Shown here one piece after another: positions 30,189 to 40,498 of a stretch of 54,066 nucleotides of DNA. The notes under the pieces are model-generated. The model made no database searches. It worked only from the letters and a program-made list of their open reading frames with translations, and was not told the DNA's origin. The translations under genes were made by a program, and so were the position numbers. Position 1 is the stretch's first letter; each line of letters starts with the position of its first letter. The DNA comes from Candidatus Thioglobus sp. GTDB lineage: Bacteria; Pseudomonadota; Gammaproteobacteria; PS1; Pseudothioglobaceae. Location of the stretch: positions 1 through 54,066 of the forward strand of contig NZ_JAQRMS010000001.1 of NCBI RefSeq assembly GCF_028599055.1. The letters are read 5' to 3'.

Positions 30189-30659
30189 CTAATTATTGAT
30201 GCACGCTAAAAGCTGTTCGCCGGCGTTACTATGTGTGTTGATGGTTAGGGTGCGATGATCATCTTCACCTTTGAGGTTAATCACCATGTCAGCGGGTTCA
30301 ATCATGCCTCGGCCTAACTCGGCCCATTCGATTAATTGAATATGTCCTGCGCCTGAATATTCACGAATACCAATATATTCTAATTCTTCAGGATCACTGA
30401 GGCGATAGCAGTCAAAATGATGAATGCTGATTTGTTCGTTAATGTAGCTTTCAACCAAAGAATAAGTTGGGCTTTTAACCCGGTCAAACCCAAAGTGTTG
30501 AATAAATTGACGAGCTAGCGTTGTTTTTCCAGCGCCCAAATCACCCTCGAGGTAAATAACCAGGCCTTGTTTTGAGTGAGCCGCACAACTGGCTAATTGA
30601 CTGGCGAAAGCCTGAGTTTGATTGACGTCCTCTAGCTCAATAATCAAAATAATTGCCAC
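30189..30659 (-). CDS. tsaE: tRNA threonylcarbamoyladenosine biosynthesis ATPase TsaE
   Basis: GDLGAGKTT, VKSPTYSLVESY, HFDCYRL, LIEW. Confidence 0.95.
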   Translation of the reverse strand: MAIILIIELEDVNQTQAFASQLASCAAHSKQGLVIYLEGDLGAGKTTLARQFIQHFGFDRVKSPTYSLVESYINEQISIHHFDCYRLSDPEELEYIGIREYSGAGHIQLIEWAELGRGMIEPADMVINLKGEDDHRTLTINTHSNAGEQLLACINN

Positions 30660-31597
30660 ATGTATAAGCCAAACACAGTCACTAAAACTCCGCCTTCAAA
30701 TCGATTGATAATGTGCTTTTTGCCAAATTTATAAGACACAATAAATAGTAATACGGTCAGCAGTAGCATGATGGGGTAATCGCGCTGCATGACTTCTAGT
30801 GGCACATCTGAAGGGTGGATTAAGCCAGGAATAGCAAGTACCGCAATGGTGTTAAATAGGTTTGATCCAATCACATTGCCTACCACCATTTCATATTGTT
30901 TTTTAAGTACACTGGCAATTGAAACTGCTAGCTCTGGCAGACTAGTGCCTAGGGCAACTACGGTGAGTCCAATTACTAGATCAGAGACACCAAAAGCTTT
31001 CGCCACTTCAACACCGCCCCAAACCACCAATTTCGCGCTAGAAATTAACATAATTAGTCCAACCAACAGCATCACCCAGGCTTTGGTGGTTTGGCTTTTA
31101 TCAATCGTTTGTGCCAGATCACCAAATTCATGATGAGAGGAGTTTTTAGATTCTTTAAAGGTGTAAGTTAAAAATAATATGAGCAAAACTAATAAAATTA
31201 ATCCGTCTGTGCGGTCTAATTGTTGATCCATTAGCAACAGTCCTGCGCATAGAGTGGCAATCATTAAAAACACCCACTCTTTTTTCAAAATATCTTTATG
31301 CACTTCAATGGGTACAATAATTGCGCTAATACCTAAAACCAAAGCAATGTTGAAAATATTGGAGCCAACTGCATTACCGATGGCGAGCCCAGTGTTGCCA
31401 TCCATGGCGGCCAATCCAGATACCAACATCTCTGGCGCAGAAGTACCAAAACCAAAAATAAGCAGACCGATAATAAGTGGTGAAACATTAAATATATTCG
31501 CTATTTTTGCGCCATTATCAGTGAACTCATCTGCACTCCAAATTAAAAGTGCAAAACCTGATAGCAAGGCAATAATTGGTAGTAGAATATCGGGCAT
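30644..31597 (-). CDS. calcium/sodium antiporter (YrbG family)
   Basis: Two alpha repeats GTSAPE...GNAVGSNIFN and GTSLPE...GNVIGSNLFN. Confidence 0.92.
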   Translation of the reverse strand: MPDILLPIIALLSGFALLIWSADEFTDNGAKIANIFNVSPLIIGLLIFGFGTSAPEMLVSGLAAMDGNTGLAIGNAVGSNIFNIALVLGISAIIVPIEVHKDILKKEWVFLMIATLCAGLLLMDQQLDRTDGLILLVLLILFLTYTFKESKNSSHHEFGDLAQTIDKSQTTKAWVMLLVGLIMLISSAKLVVWGGVEVAKAFGVSDLVIGLTVVALGTSLPELAVSIASVLKKQYEMVVGNVIGSNLFNTIAVLAIPGLIHPSDVPLEVMQRDYPIMLLLTVLLFIVSYKFGKKHIINRFEGGVLVTVFGLYMWQLF

Positions 31598-31647
31598 ATT
31601 GATTTTTTGTTAAATTTTTGCTTATTATAAAGCCCAGGCATTAGAAG

Positions 31648-32241
31648 ATGAACGAAACAGAGTTTTTAATTGGTCGTTGTGACCTTGATTTGGTAGATGA
31701 TTTTTACCCAGATGATTTACCCAGTGAATGGCGCTTTGACTACTATTCAACCCAATTTAAAGCACTATGCTTGCCCATTGATACCCAAGAAGATTTGGAG
31801 CTTGTTTTTGATGAATTAAGTGAATCGAAAGAGGTGTTTGAGCTGGTGTTGAGCATTACCAATGAGCAACTCAATGATACTAATACACTGAGTTCATTGT
31901 TAGATTCGGTGGCAGATTATAAAGCGGATTTCACTTTATTTTGTGAATTGGAGCAAGTGCCTAGTCAGGATGTTATGGCATTATTAGCAGGTTATCGACT
32001 GTCTTTTCAATCAACCAAGCAGCTGGCGTGCACTTTACCCGTTGAAACACTGGCTGGTCAATGGCTGTATTACAACCACATTCCGGTTTTGTATACACGT
32101 GAAAGTTGGAATGAGGTTCAGATGCGCAATTATATTGAATCAGTTTCAACCATTAATAAGCAGAGTGTTCTTATTTGTCAAAATGCCGAAAGTGAGGCGT
32201 TAAACAAAATTAGAGTGATTGCAGAAATTTTAGGTTGTTAA
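31648..32241 (+). CDS. hypothetical protein with DUF72-like N-terminal motif
   Basis: FYPDDLPSEWRFDYYSTQF resembles DUF72 N-terminus; remainder diverged. Confidence 0.6.
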   Translation: MNETEFLIGRCDLDLVDDFYPDDLPSEWRFDYYSTQFKALCLPIDTQEDLELVFDELSESKEVFELVLSITNEQLNDTNTLSSLLDSVADYKADFTLFCELEQVPSQDVMALLAGYRLSFQSTKQLACTLPVETLAGQWLYYNHIPVLYTRESWNEVQMRNYIESVSTINKQSVLICQNAESEALNKIRVIAEILGC

Positions 32242-32245
32242 ATTA

Positions 32246-32983
32246 GTGAATGTTTTATTAACACGTCCGCTCGCTCAAGTTAAACCACTTGAGGCATTGG
32301 TGGCCAACCAGGGCTGGAAGCCTTTGCTATTTCCAACCTTAGAAATTGTTGCCTTGCAGACAAAGGTTGAGCACATGCACTATGATGCAGTGATATTTAT
32401 CAGCGCTAATGCGGTTGACCATGGGTTGGAATTGCTAAATGCCCTAGACTATTTAGCTGTTTATGCGGTAGGGGCAGCAACGGCTAAACGCTTAACCGAT
32501 CAAGCTATTACAGTTGATGGCTTTCCTTTAGAAAAAGCCTCAAGTGAGGCGTTGTTAGCGCTTGAATCAGTTGCGAAATTGCGTCATAAAAATATCTTAA
32601 TTTTTAGGGGTAAGGGTGGGCGCGAAACACTAAGATTGGGTTTGGAAAAAAACCATAATCAAGTTGAGTATGCACAAGTGTATGATCGAGTGGTATGTGA
32701 TAAAACAAGTGCCCACGAGCAAGCATTAACAACATTTCTTGCCAATGATCAGGGTGTGATTAGTGTAACTAGTAATGAAAATTTGGATGGCTTGATAGCG
32801 TTGGCTGGCCAGCTTAATCAGCTAGAAAAAATAACAGTTTATCCGCTGATTGTATTGAGTCAACGCATTCGCCAGCATGCTTTATCTAGGGGATTTTTAC
32901 AGGTATTAGTAACAGACGATATTGGTGATCAAGCAATTATCGATGTATTAGCAACCATTGATACACTTGACAAACAATCATAA
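32246..32983 (+). CDS. hemD: uroporphyrinogen-III synthase
   Basis: VLLTRP, IFISANAV, AVGAATA, SSEALL, RGKGGRETL, VYDR. Confidence 0.93.
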   Translation: MNVLLTRPLAQVKPLEALVANQGWKPLLFPTLEIVALQTKVEHMHYDAVIFISANAVDHGLELLNALDYLAVYAVGAATAKRLTDQAITVDGFPLEKASSEALLALESVAKLRHKNILIFRGKGGRETLRLGLEKNHNQVEYAQVYDRVVCDKTSAHEQALTTFLANDQGVISVTSNENLDGLIALAGQLNQLEKITVYPLIVLSQRIRQHALSRGFLQVLVTDDIGDQAIIDVLATIDTLDKQS

Positions 32984-33036
32984 GTTGATTAATTTAGTCA
33001 GTAATAAATGATATTTTTCTGGGGAGAGGGAATAAC

Positions 33037-33474
33037 ATGGTTAAACTTAGCGTTTCACAAGCGGCTCGTCGATTAGGCTTAAGCCGTGCTAATATTCAAG
33101 AGCAAATCAATTCGGGTAAATTGCAAACCCATGAAGGTTACGTAACCACGGACAGTATTCGCCTGGCTTATCCAAATCATAGCCTACATTCAGAGCGTGA
33201 TTTACATTTGCAAAAAATGCAGCGCATTAAGGCTGATGCAATGTATAAAGCAGGCGCAGCTGATACTATTAAACAAGAAAATGAGCAAGCATTAATGACA
33301 ATTATTGCTTCATTAAAATCTAAACTTTATAAAGAAGAGCTCAAGAACAAGCATTATCAATTGGTGTTTTTGGAGCTGGGCGAGCGTTTAGAGTTATTGG
33401 AGAAATGTTGTCACCAACAAGACAAGCAGCCGCTTAACGAGTTGCAAAGTTGGGTTGATCAGCAGACACACTAG
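33037..33474 (+). CDS. hypothetical protein with N-terminal helix-turn-helix
   Basis: LSVSQAARRLGLSRANIQEQINSGKL excisionase/MerR-like HTH; helical C-terminus. Confidence 0.65.
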   Translation: MVKLSVSQAARRLGLSRANIQEQINSGKLQTHEGYVTTDSIRLAYPNHSLHSERDLHLQKMQRIKADAMYKAGAADTIKQENEQALMTIIASLKSKLYKEELKNKHYQLVFLELGERLELLEKCCHQQDKQPLNELQSWVDQQTH

Positions 33475-33477
33475 TTT

Positions 33478-34299
33478 TTAAATTAGCGTTTGAGCCAACT
33501 GTAAAGTGGGCTGGCTTTTGTTCATTGAGTAAAAATGAAAATGATCAACCCCTTGGGATTTTAATTGGTCGCACAGTTGCGCAACAACCTCAAAGCCAAA
33601 AGCCCTTAGTGATTCATTGTCATCATTAAAAGCAGCTAAGCGCTTCTCAATCCAGCGAGGTATTTCAGCGCCACACATATTGGAAAATCGCAACAATTGA
33701 TCATGATTGGTAATTGGCATAATACCGGGGGTAATTGGCGTATCAACACCTTGTTTTTGCACTTCGTCAACAAAGCGAAAGTAAGCGTCTGCGTTGTAAA
33801 AATATTGAGTAATAGCGCCATCTGCACCGGCTTTAACTTTATTGATAAAGTGCTCAATATCAGTATTCATATTTTTTGCTTGCGGGTGCATTTCAGGGTA
33901 GGCTGCCACTTCAATATGAAAATGATCGTTAAATTCTTGACGAATAAAAGCAACCAGTTCATTGGCATAATGAAAATCGCCAATATCTCGAACACCTGAA
34001 GGAATGTCGCCACGTAGTGCAACAATACGATTAATGCCAGCAGCCTTGTATTGATTTAATAACGCTAATATATTTGATTTATCCGAATCGATACAAGAAA
34101 GATGTGGCGCTGCCGATACGCCGTCATTAGCCTGAATATCCAAAACCGTTTCAAGTGTGGCATCTTGTGTGGTGCCGCCAGCACCGAAAGTGGTTGAGAA
34201 ATAATGCGGGTTAATGACAGATAATTCTTGACGAACCTGCTTAAGATTTAATTTACCTTGTTCGGTTCTGGGCGGGAAAAATTCAAAACTTAACTGCAT
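33478..34299 (-). CDS. metF: 5,10-methylenetetrahydrofolate reductase
   Basis: SFEFFPP, FGAGG, IVALRGD, AAYPEMHP, ITQYFY, PGIMPI. Confidence 0.96.
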   Translation of the reverse strand: MQLSFEFFPPRTEQGKLNLKQVRQELSVINPHYFSTTFGAGGTTQDATLETVLDIQANDGVSAAPHLSCIDSDKSNILALLNQYKAAGINRIVALRGDIPSGVRDIGDFHYANELVAFIRQEFNDHFHIEVAAYPEMHPQAKNMNTDIEHFINKVKAGADGAITQYFYNADAYFRFVDEVQKQGVDTPITPGIMPITNHDQLLRFSNMCGAEIPRWIEKRLAAFNDDNESLRAFGFEVVAQLCDQLKSQGVDHFHFYSMNKSQPTLQLAQTLI

Positions 34300-34434
34300 T
34301 TGTTTGTAACGTTGGCTAAAAATAGGCTAATTATAGCTTATTTCAAATCTATAAGAGTGTTTCCCTTTATTTGTTAACGAGGCGACATTCGGGTAAAATG
34401 TTCCAATTTACTAAGTTTAAATTTAAAAATATTT

Positions 34435-34653
34435 ATGTCAAAAAGCGATTACATTGAGTTAGAAGGCGTGGTCAAAGAAAAGCTACCTAATACAACTTTC
34501 ACGGTTGAATTGGAAAATGGCCATAGTGTTCTGGCACACATCTCAGGCAAGATTCGTAAACACTATATTCGAATTCTTCCAGGTGACAAAGTAACCGTTG
34601 AGATGACACCGTATGATTTAACTAAGGGTAGAATTACTTTTAGACACAAGTAG
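34435..34653 (+). CDS. infA: translation initiation factor IF-1
   Basis: [23 protein letters not shown]...[12 protein letters not shown]. Confidence 0.98.
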   Translation: MSKSDYIELEGVVKEKLPNTTFTVELENGHSVLAHISGKIRKHYIRILPGDKVTVEMTPYDLTKGRITFRHK

Positions 34654-34664
34654 TACAGTTTATT

Positions 34665-34749
34665 GCCGATGTGGTGGAATTGGTAGACACGCCGGATTCA
34701 AAATCCGGTTCCTCACGGAGTGACGGTTCGACCCCGTCCATCGGTACCA
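34665..34749 (+). tRNA. tRNA-Leu(CAA)
   Basis: GCCGATG acceptor, anticodon arm CCGGA-TTCAAAA-TCCGG, long variable arm, GGTTCGA, 3' CCA. Confidence 0.96.
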
Positions 34750-34770
34750 AATTAATAAAAGAGTAATAGT

Positions 34771-35016
34771 ATGGAACAAGCAGACTTATTAGCACAAGCT
34801 TTAAACCTAACCATGTTTGGTATGGGTTTTGTTTTCTTGTTTTTAACATTGCTGGTTTTTGTGACCAAGCTAATGTCAGCTATTATTCAAAAACTTCAGG
34901 CTAAATCAATCGATGAGCCTGAGCAAAATAACAATACAACAACCCTCGAACAAGAGATTGACGAGGAGACAAAGTTTGTTATTGAACAAGCAATCAAGAT
35001 GCATAGGGGAGCATAA
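34771..35016 (+). CDS. oadG: oxaloacetate decarboxylase gamma subunit
   Basis: GMGFVFLFLTLLV single TM, C-terminal AIKMHR; upstream of oadA. Confidence 0.9.
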   Translation: MEQADLLAQALNLTMFGMGFVFLFLTLLVFVTKLMSAIIQKLQAKSIDEPEQNNNTTTLEQEIDEETKFVIEQAIKMHRGA

Positions 35017-35021
35017 GGATC

Positions 35022-36851
35022 ATGCTAAATTTTCTAAGGAATATGACTAAAAAATCAACCAATACTGAAGGCAAAAAGGTAGAGATTACTGAGCTTGTTT
35101 TTAGAGATGCACATCAATCCCTTTTTGCAACGCGCATGCGCATTGACGACATGCTGCCGATTGCTGACAAGCTAGACAAAATTGGCTACTGGTCTGTAGA
35201 GTCATGGGGTGGTGCAACGTTTGATTCATGTATTCGCTATTTGGGCGAAGATCCGTGGGATCGTATTCGTGAAATTAAAGCAGTAATGCCAAACACCCCG
35301 CAGCAGATGTTGTTGCGTGGTCAAAACCTATTGGGCTATCGTCATTATAGTGATGATGTGGTGCGTAAATTTGTAGATCGTTGCGCAGAAAACGGTGTTG
35401 GTGTGTTTAGAATTTTTGATGCCATGAATGATGTTAGAAATCTAAAAACTGCTGTGGATCAAGCGGTTAAGTTGGATCAGCATGCTCAAGGTACTATTTC
35501 TTACACAGTAAGTCCGGTACACAATACACAAACCTGGCTAGACATGGCTAAGCGTATTGAAGACATGGGTGCACATTCTTTGTGTATTAAGGATATGGCT
35601 GGCTTATTGCAACCATATGTTGCCTATGATTTAGTCAAACAACTTAAAGAGACCATTGACATTCCGATTCAGCTGCACGCACATGCAACCACAGGCCTTT
35701 CTACAGCGACCATTATTAAATCGGTTGAAGCGGGTATTGATCGTGTTGATACAGCGATTGGCTCTATGAGTATGACTTACGGACACTCTGCAACCAACTC
35801 AGTAGTTTCTATTTTAGAAAACAGCCCTAGAAAAACTGGATTAAATTTAGAAAAATTAGAAGAAATTGATGCTTATTTCCGTCCAATTCGTTGTAAATAT
35901 GCCAAATTTGAAGGTTCATTAAAAGGTGTAGATTCACGCATTTTGTTATCTCAAGTGCCTGGTGGCATGTTGACCAATATGGAAAATCAATTGCGTGAGC
36001 AAAATGCAGCTGACAAGATGGGCGAAGTATTGGCCGAAATTCCGCGTGTTAGAAAAGATTTAGGCTACATTCCATTGGTAACACCAACATCACAGATTGT
36101 AGGTACGCAATCAGTACTCAATGTATTAACGGGTGAGCGTTATAAAACCATTACCAAAGAGGCTGCAGGTGTTTTAAAAGGTGAATATGGCGCGACGCCA
36201 GCTGATGTTGATCAAGCTTTGCAAGTTAAAGTATTAGAGGGTTCGGAACCAATTACTTGTCGTCCAGCGGACAACATTGCCCCGGAAATGCATATTCTAG
36301 AGCAAGAATTTGACAAAATTGTTGCTGAGAAAAATATTCAGTTGGCACCTAATAAGATTGATGATTTAATGACCTATGCTTTATTCCCGCAAGTGGGTAT
36401 TTCGTTCTTAGAAAATCGTAATAATCCAGATTTCTTTGAGCCTAAGCCTCAAGAGAGTGATAATTGCTCAGCACCAGATAGTGAAGAAGGTACTTACACT
36501 GTGTCATTCAAGGGTAATTCTTATACGGTTGATGTGTCAGCAGGCGGTGATATTACATCAATGCAACCTGCTTCTGCTGAACCTACAGCAGCGCCTGCTG
36601 CGCAAAAAGAAATCGTTAGCGAAGTGCCAGCTACAGGTGGCGAGGCAATTGGCGCACCATTATCTGGCAATATTTGGAAAGTAATGGTTTCTGTTAATCA
36701 AAAAGTAAATGAGGGTGATGTGCTGGTCATTCTTGAAGCCATGAAGATGGAAACAGAAATTAAAGCAGCCAGAAGTGGTGTGGTAACAGATATTAGCATT
36801 AGAGAAGGTGATGCAGTAACTGTAGGCCAAACGTTATTATCATTGGCATAA
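35022..36851 (+). CDS. oadA: oxaloacetate decarboxylase alpha subunit
   Basis: RDAHQSLFATR, QVPGGM, LVTPTSQIVG, biotinyl EAMKME. Confidence 0.96.
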   Translation: MLNFLRNMTKKSTNTEGKKVEITELVFRDAHQSLFATRMRIDDMLPIADKLDKIGYWSVESWGGATFDSCIRYLGEDPWDRIREIKAVMPNTPQQMLLRGQNLLGYRHYSDDVVRKFVDRCAENGVGVFRIFDAMNDVRNLKTAVDQAVKLDQHAQGTISYTVSPVHNTQTWLDMAKRIEDMGAHSLCIKDMAGLLQPYVAYDLVKQLKETIDIPIQLHAHATTGLSTATIIKSVEAGIDRVDTAIGSMSMTYGHSATNSVVSILENSPRKTGLNLEKLEEIDAYFRPIRCKYAKFEGSLKGVDSRILLSQVPGGMLTNMENQLREQNAADKMGEVLAEIPRVRKDLGYIPLVTPTSQIVGTQSVLNVLTGERYKTITKEAAGVLKGEYGATPADVDQALQVKVLEGSEPITCRPADNIAPEMHILEQEFDKIVAEKNIQLAPNKIDDLMTYALFPQVGISFLENRNNPDFFEPKPQESDNCSAPDSEEGTYTVSFKGNSYTVDVSAGGDITSMQPASAEPTAAPAAQKEIVSEVPATGGEAIGAPLSGNIWKVMVSVNQKVNEGDVLVILEAMKMETEIKAARSGVVTDISIREGDAVTVGQTLLSLA

Positions 36852-36868
36852 TTAATTAGAGTTTTTAT

Positions 36869-37999
36869 ATGGAACAGTTAAATTCACTTTGGTTAAATAC
36901 GGGTCTATATCAAATGGTATGGGGTCAAGGGCTAATGTTATTAGTTGGCATGTTGCTATTGTATCTAGCCATTATTAAGAATTTTGAGCCTTTATTACTG
37001 CTACCGATTGGTTTTGGCGCGATTCTGGCTAATATTCCCGGTGCCGGCATTGCTGAAGGTGAGGGTATATTGCATTTGTTTTATGTCATTGGTATTGAGT
37101 CAGGCGCTTTCCCGTTGATTATTTTTATGGGTGTAGGTGCATTAACCGATTTCGGCCCACTTTTGGCCAATCCTAAAACCTTGTTACTCGGCGCCGCTGC
37201 ACAATTTGGTATTTTTGCAACGCTACTTGGTGCGATGGCATTAACCGCCGCCGGCGTATTTGATTTCAGTTTAACTGACGCCGCCGCTATTGGTATTATT
37301 GGTGGTGCAGATGGCCCAACCAGTATTTATGTGGCCAGTAAACTGGCACCAGAGTTATTAGGTGCAATTGCTGTGGCATCTTATTCATACATGGCATTAG
37401 TGCCATTAATTCAGCCGCCAATCATGCGCGCACTAACCACTGAAAAAGAGCGTCAAATTGAAATGGTGCAATTGCGTGAAGTGTCAACAGCAGAAAAAAT
37501 CATTTTCCCAGTTATGTTGTTAATGTTGGTTGCACTACTATTGCCAGATGCAGCACCATTATTAGGTATGTTTGCCTTTGGTAATTTGATGAAAGAATCT
37601 GGCGTGGTTGATCGCTTAAGTGATACTACTCAAAATGCACTAATCAACATTGTTACAATCTTCTTAGGCTTGGCAGTTGGCTCAAAGCTTATGGCGGACA
37701 AGTTCTTGCAACCAGAAACCCTAGGTATTTTGGTACTGGGTATGGTTGCATTTGCGATTGGCACGGCTAGTGGCTTGTTAATGGCCAAAGCCATGAACCT
37801 GTTTAGCAAGAATAAAATTAACCCATTAATTGGTTCGGCTGGCGTGTCTGCTGTACCAATGGCGGCGCGTGTCTCTAACAAAGTAGGGTTAGAGTCAAAT
37901 CCGCATAACTTCTTGTTAATGCATGCTATGGGTCCTAATGTGGCGGGTGTTATTGGCTCTGCTATTGCGGCAGGTATTATGATCCAACTGTTAAGCTAA
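36869..37999 (+). CDS. oadB: Na+-translocating decarboxylase beta subunit
   Basis: [34 protein letters not shown]. Confidence 0.96.
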   Translation: MEQLNSLWLNTGLYQMVWGQGLMLLVGMLLLYLAIIKNFEPLLLLPIGFGAILANIPGAGIAEGEGILHLFYVIGIESGAFPLIIFMGVGALTDFGPLLANPKTLLLGAAAQFGIFATLLGAMALTAAGVFDFSLTDAAAIGIIGGADGPTSIYVASKLAPELLGAIAVASYSYMALVPLIQPPIMRALTTEKERQIEMVQLREVSTAEKIIFPVMLLMLVALLLPDAAPLLGMFAFGNLMKESGVVDRLSDTTQNALINIVTIFLGLAVGSKLMADKFLQPETLGILVLGMVAFAIGTASGLLMAKAMNLFSKNKINPLIGSAGVSAVPMAARVSNKVGLESNPHNFLLMHAMGPNVAGVIGSAIAAGIMIQLLS

Positions 38000-38102
38000 T
38001 TTTTGTTATTTTTTCTGTGTTGAATTAGTTTTATCACTTGCTATATACTTTGTGTAAGCGCCTACGTTATAAAACTAATTTGTCTTGAAAATTCTAAAAA
38101 AA
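38000..38102. repeat. divergent ERIC-like palindromic element E5 (abuts oadB stop)
   Basis: TGTGTTG-AATTAGTTTTAT...ATAAAACTAATT-TGTCTTG; 12-bp perfect stem with same outer loop motif. Confidence 0.6.
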
Positions 38103-38113
38103 CTTTACTTAAC

Positions 38114-38146
38114 TTACTTCGTAGAAAATAAAAAAATACTTGCAAA
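38114..38146. repeat. internally deleted E2/E4-type element
   Basis: TTACTTCGT joined to AGAAAATAAAAAAATACTTGCAAA, i.e. the two ends of E2/E4 fused. Confidence 0.55.
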
Positions 38147-38178
38147 ACCCTAAGGTATTAAATTCAAAATAAACGATT

Positions 38179-38547
38179 ATGCAAAGAACATTTTTAAAAG
38201 CTAAACTTCATCGAGTAACTGCAACCGCCTCAGAGGTTGATTACGAAGGCTCGTGTGAAATTGATGGTGCGTTATTAGATGCAGCTGGTATTGGTACTTT
38301 TGAACAAATTCAAATTTATAATATTGCTAATGGTAATCGCTTTACCACATACGCTATTCGTGGCAAAGAAAACACTGGGGTTATTTCAGTTAATGGTGCA
38401 GCAGCCCATAAAGCAGCGGTTGGGGACTTGTTGATTATTGCTTCTTATGCAAGCTATGATGAAGAAGAGGTTAAAAACTTTGCGCCAACTTTATGTTACG
38501 TTGATGAAAACAACGTGCTGACGAGAAAGAGTTCGTCCATTAGCTAA
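38179..38547 (+). CDS. panD: aspartate 1-decarboxylase
   Basis: [14 protein letters not shown] cleavage site, [16 protein letters not shown]. Confidence 0.96.
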   Translation: MQRTFLKAKLHRVTATASEVDYEGSCEIDGALLDAAGIGTFEQIQIYNIANGNRFTTYAIRGKENTGVISVNGAAAHKAAVGDLLIIASYASYDEEEVKNFAPTLCYVDENNVLTRKSSSIS

Positions 38548-39211
38548 ACTGACCATTCTCCAATACCAATACTCGCTGCATTTTTTCTGCAATTCGTTCA
38601 TCGTGAGTAACAATAATCAAAGCGCTGTTGTGCGTTTGGTTAAGTTTAATCATTAAATTCAATACTTCATCAGCATTTTGACGATCAAGATTGCCAGTTG
38701 GTTCATCTGCTAATAAACATTTTGGCTGGGTAATTAGCGCTCTAGCAATCGCAACGCGCTGCCTTTCGCCGCCTGATAATTCACTAGGTAAATGGTTGTG
38801 ACGATGTTCGAGACCAATGGTTGCCAATATTTTTGTGGCTGCCTGTTGGGCGGATTTTTTATCAATGCCTTGAATGAGTAGTGGCATCATGACATTGTTG
38901 ATCGCGTTAAAATCTTTAAGCAAGTGGTGAAATTGATAAACAAAACCTAAATTGTCAGCTCTAAGCTGAGTAATCTCAGTCTCGTTTAAGGTTGACAGAT
39001 CTGTATTGTTAATAATTACTTGGCCACTACTAGGATGATCAATACCACCCAATAAATTTAGCAAAGTAGATTTGCCACAGCCTGACTGGCCTAGAATTGC
39101 GATCGATTCTTGCGCTTGCACTTCAAAATTGAGATTATTGATAATTTGATTCTGTTGAGATCCATCCTCATAATGATAATTGAGATCTTTGCAGCGGATA
39201 ATACTACTCAT
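38540..39211 (-). CDS. lolD: lipoprotein-releasing ABC transporter ATPase
   Basis: [41 protein letters not shown]. Confidence 0.93.
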   Translation of the reverse strand: MSSIIRCKDLNYHYEDGSQQNQIINNLNFEVQAQESIAILGQSGCGKSTLLNLLGGIDHPSSGQVIINNTDLSTLNETEITQLRADNLGFVYQFHHLLKDFNAINNVMMPLLIQGIDKKSAQQAATKILATIGLEHRHNHLPSELSGGERQRVAIARALITQPKCLLADEPTGNLDRQNADEVLNLMIKLNQTHNSALIIVTHDERIAEKMQRVLVLENGQFS

Positions 39212-40439
39212 GATTCAACACCTTGGCAATCGCCACTTTGCCAGCGCGTTTGGCAGGATAAATAGAGGCGAATATCACCAATATAAAGGCGCCTACGGCA
39301 ATCATGATAATGTCGTTAAGTTGTATTTCAGAAGGGAAGCGATTAATATAAAACACATCCTTTGGAAAAAACTCAAATCCTAGCAATGTCTCAATGCTGC
39401 TCACAATAGCTTCAATGTTTAATGCTAACAATACACCCAGCATTAGGCCGATCACAATGCCGATAATGCCAATAGTGAGCCCTTGGTAGAAGAACACTTT
39501 GACAATGCGTTTTGGCGTCATACCCAGGGTGCGCAAAATAGCAATATCAGCCGTTTTATCAGTTACTACCATCACCATCATCGAAACAATGTTAAAGGCG
39601 GCGACGGCAATAATGAGTGATAGCACAATGCCAATCATTTGTTTTTCAAGATTTAGCGCCTTAATAAAATTAGCTTTTTGTTGTGTCCAGTCAATGCCGT
39701 AGTATTGATGATTGCCTAGGCGCTTGACTGCTGTTTGAGTGATAGACCTAGCATTGAATAAGTCATCCACCTTAAGTCGAATGCCACTCACCTTATTTTT
39801 CATTGAGTAAAGTAGTTGTGCTTGTTTAAGCTGGATAAATGCTAAATTATTATCATACTCATTAACGCCAGCATCAAATATACCTGAGACACTAAAGCGC
39901 TTAAAGCGTGGTTGAACACCAATAATGCTTGAGGAAAGTTGTGGGGTGAGTAATGTTACTTTATCACCCAGCGTGACTCCTAATTGTGTTGCTAATCCAG
40001 ATCCGAGTAATATGCCAGATTTGGCAAGGTTGCTATCTCCTAGTTTCATGTTGTCTAGTAGTACTGAGGTTTGTGTTTCTAGCTCAGGAATAATGCCTCG
40101 AACACTGATTCCTTGAGCGCCATTGCTGGTGTTGAGTAGGGCATATTTTTCAATATAAGGGGCAGAGTTAATAACATGTGGCGTTTGATTGATGGTTGTT
40201 TGCGCGTCTTGCCAATTAGATAGCGCACCATCATAATCACTAATGGTTGAATGTGATATGGCGCTTAGCACCCGATCTCGAAGCTCCTGATGAAAGCCAT
40301 TCATGACTGATAAAACCGTCACCAGTGTCATGACACCTAAAATTAACCCTATCATTGACACGCCAGAAATAAAGGATACAAAGCCTTTTTTGCGATTTGA
40401 TCGCAAATACTGGTTAGAAATGTCAAATTCGATACTCAT
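39204..40439 (-). CDS. lipoprotein-releasing ABC transporter permease (LolC/E family)
   Basis: VLSVMNGF, IIAVAAFNIVS, DIAILRTLG, YPAKRA. Confidence 0.93.
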   Translation of the reverse strand: MSIEFDISNQYLRSNRKKGFVSFISGVSMIGLILGVMTLVTVLSVMNGFHQELRDRVLSAISHSTISDYDGALSNWQDAQTTINQTPHVINSAPYIEKYALLNTSNGAQGISVRGIIPELETQTSVLLDNMKLGDSNLAKSGILLGSGLATQLGVTLGDKVTLLTPQLSSSIIGVQPRFKRFSVSGIFDAGVNEYDNNLAFIQLKQAQLLYSMKNKVSGIRLKVDDLFNARSITQTAVKRLGNHQYYGIDWTQQKANFIKALNLEKQMIGIVLSLIIAVAAFNIVSMMVMVVTDKTADIAILRTLGMTPKRIVKVFFYQGLTIGIIGIVIGLMLGVLLALNIEAIVSSIETLLGFEFFPKDVFYINRFPSEIQLNDIIMIAVGAFILVIFASIYPAKRAGKVAIAKVLNHE

Positions 40440-40498
40440 GGTGCTGATATTTTGTCATAATTAGCACTTTGTAAATAACTAAATAATGAGGGGAGAAA

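Noticed and set aside
34300-34434. SAM/SAH riboswitch upstream of metF
   Set aside because: No recognisable conserved riboswitch motifs; TATAAT lies close to the start
34640-34849. 69-aa minus-strand ORF
   Set aside because: It is the antisense of tRNA-Leu and oadG
38147-38158. CCCTAAGG resembling box 1 of the dsr promoter
   Set aside because: Only an 8-bp match, without box 2 or the conserved spacing
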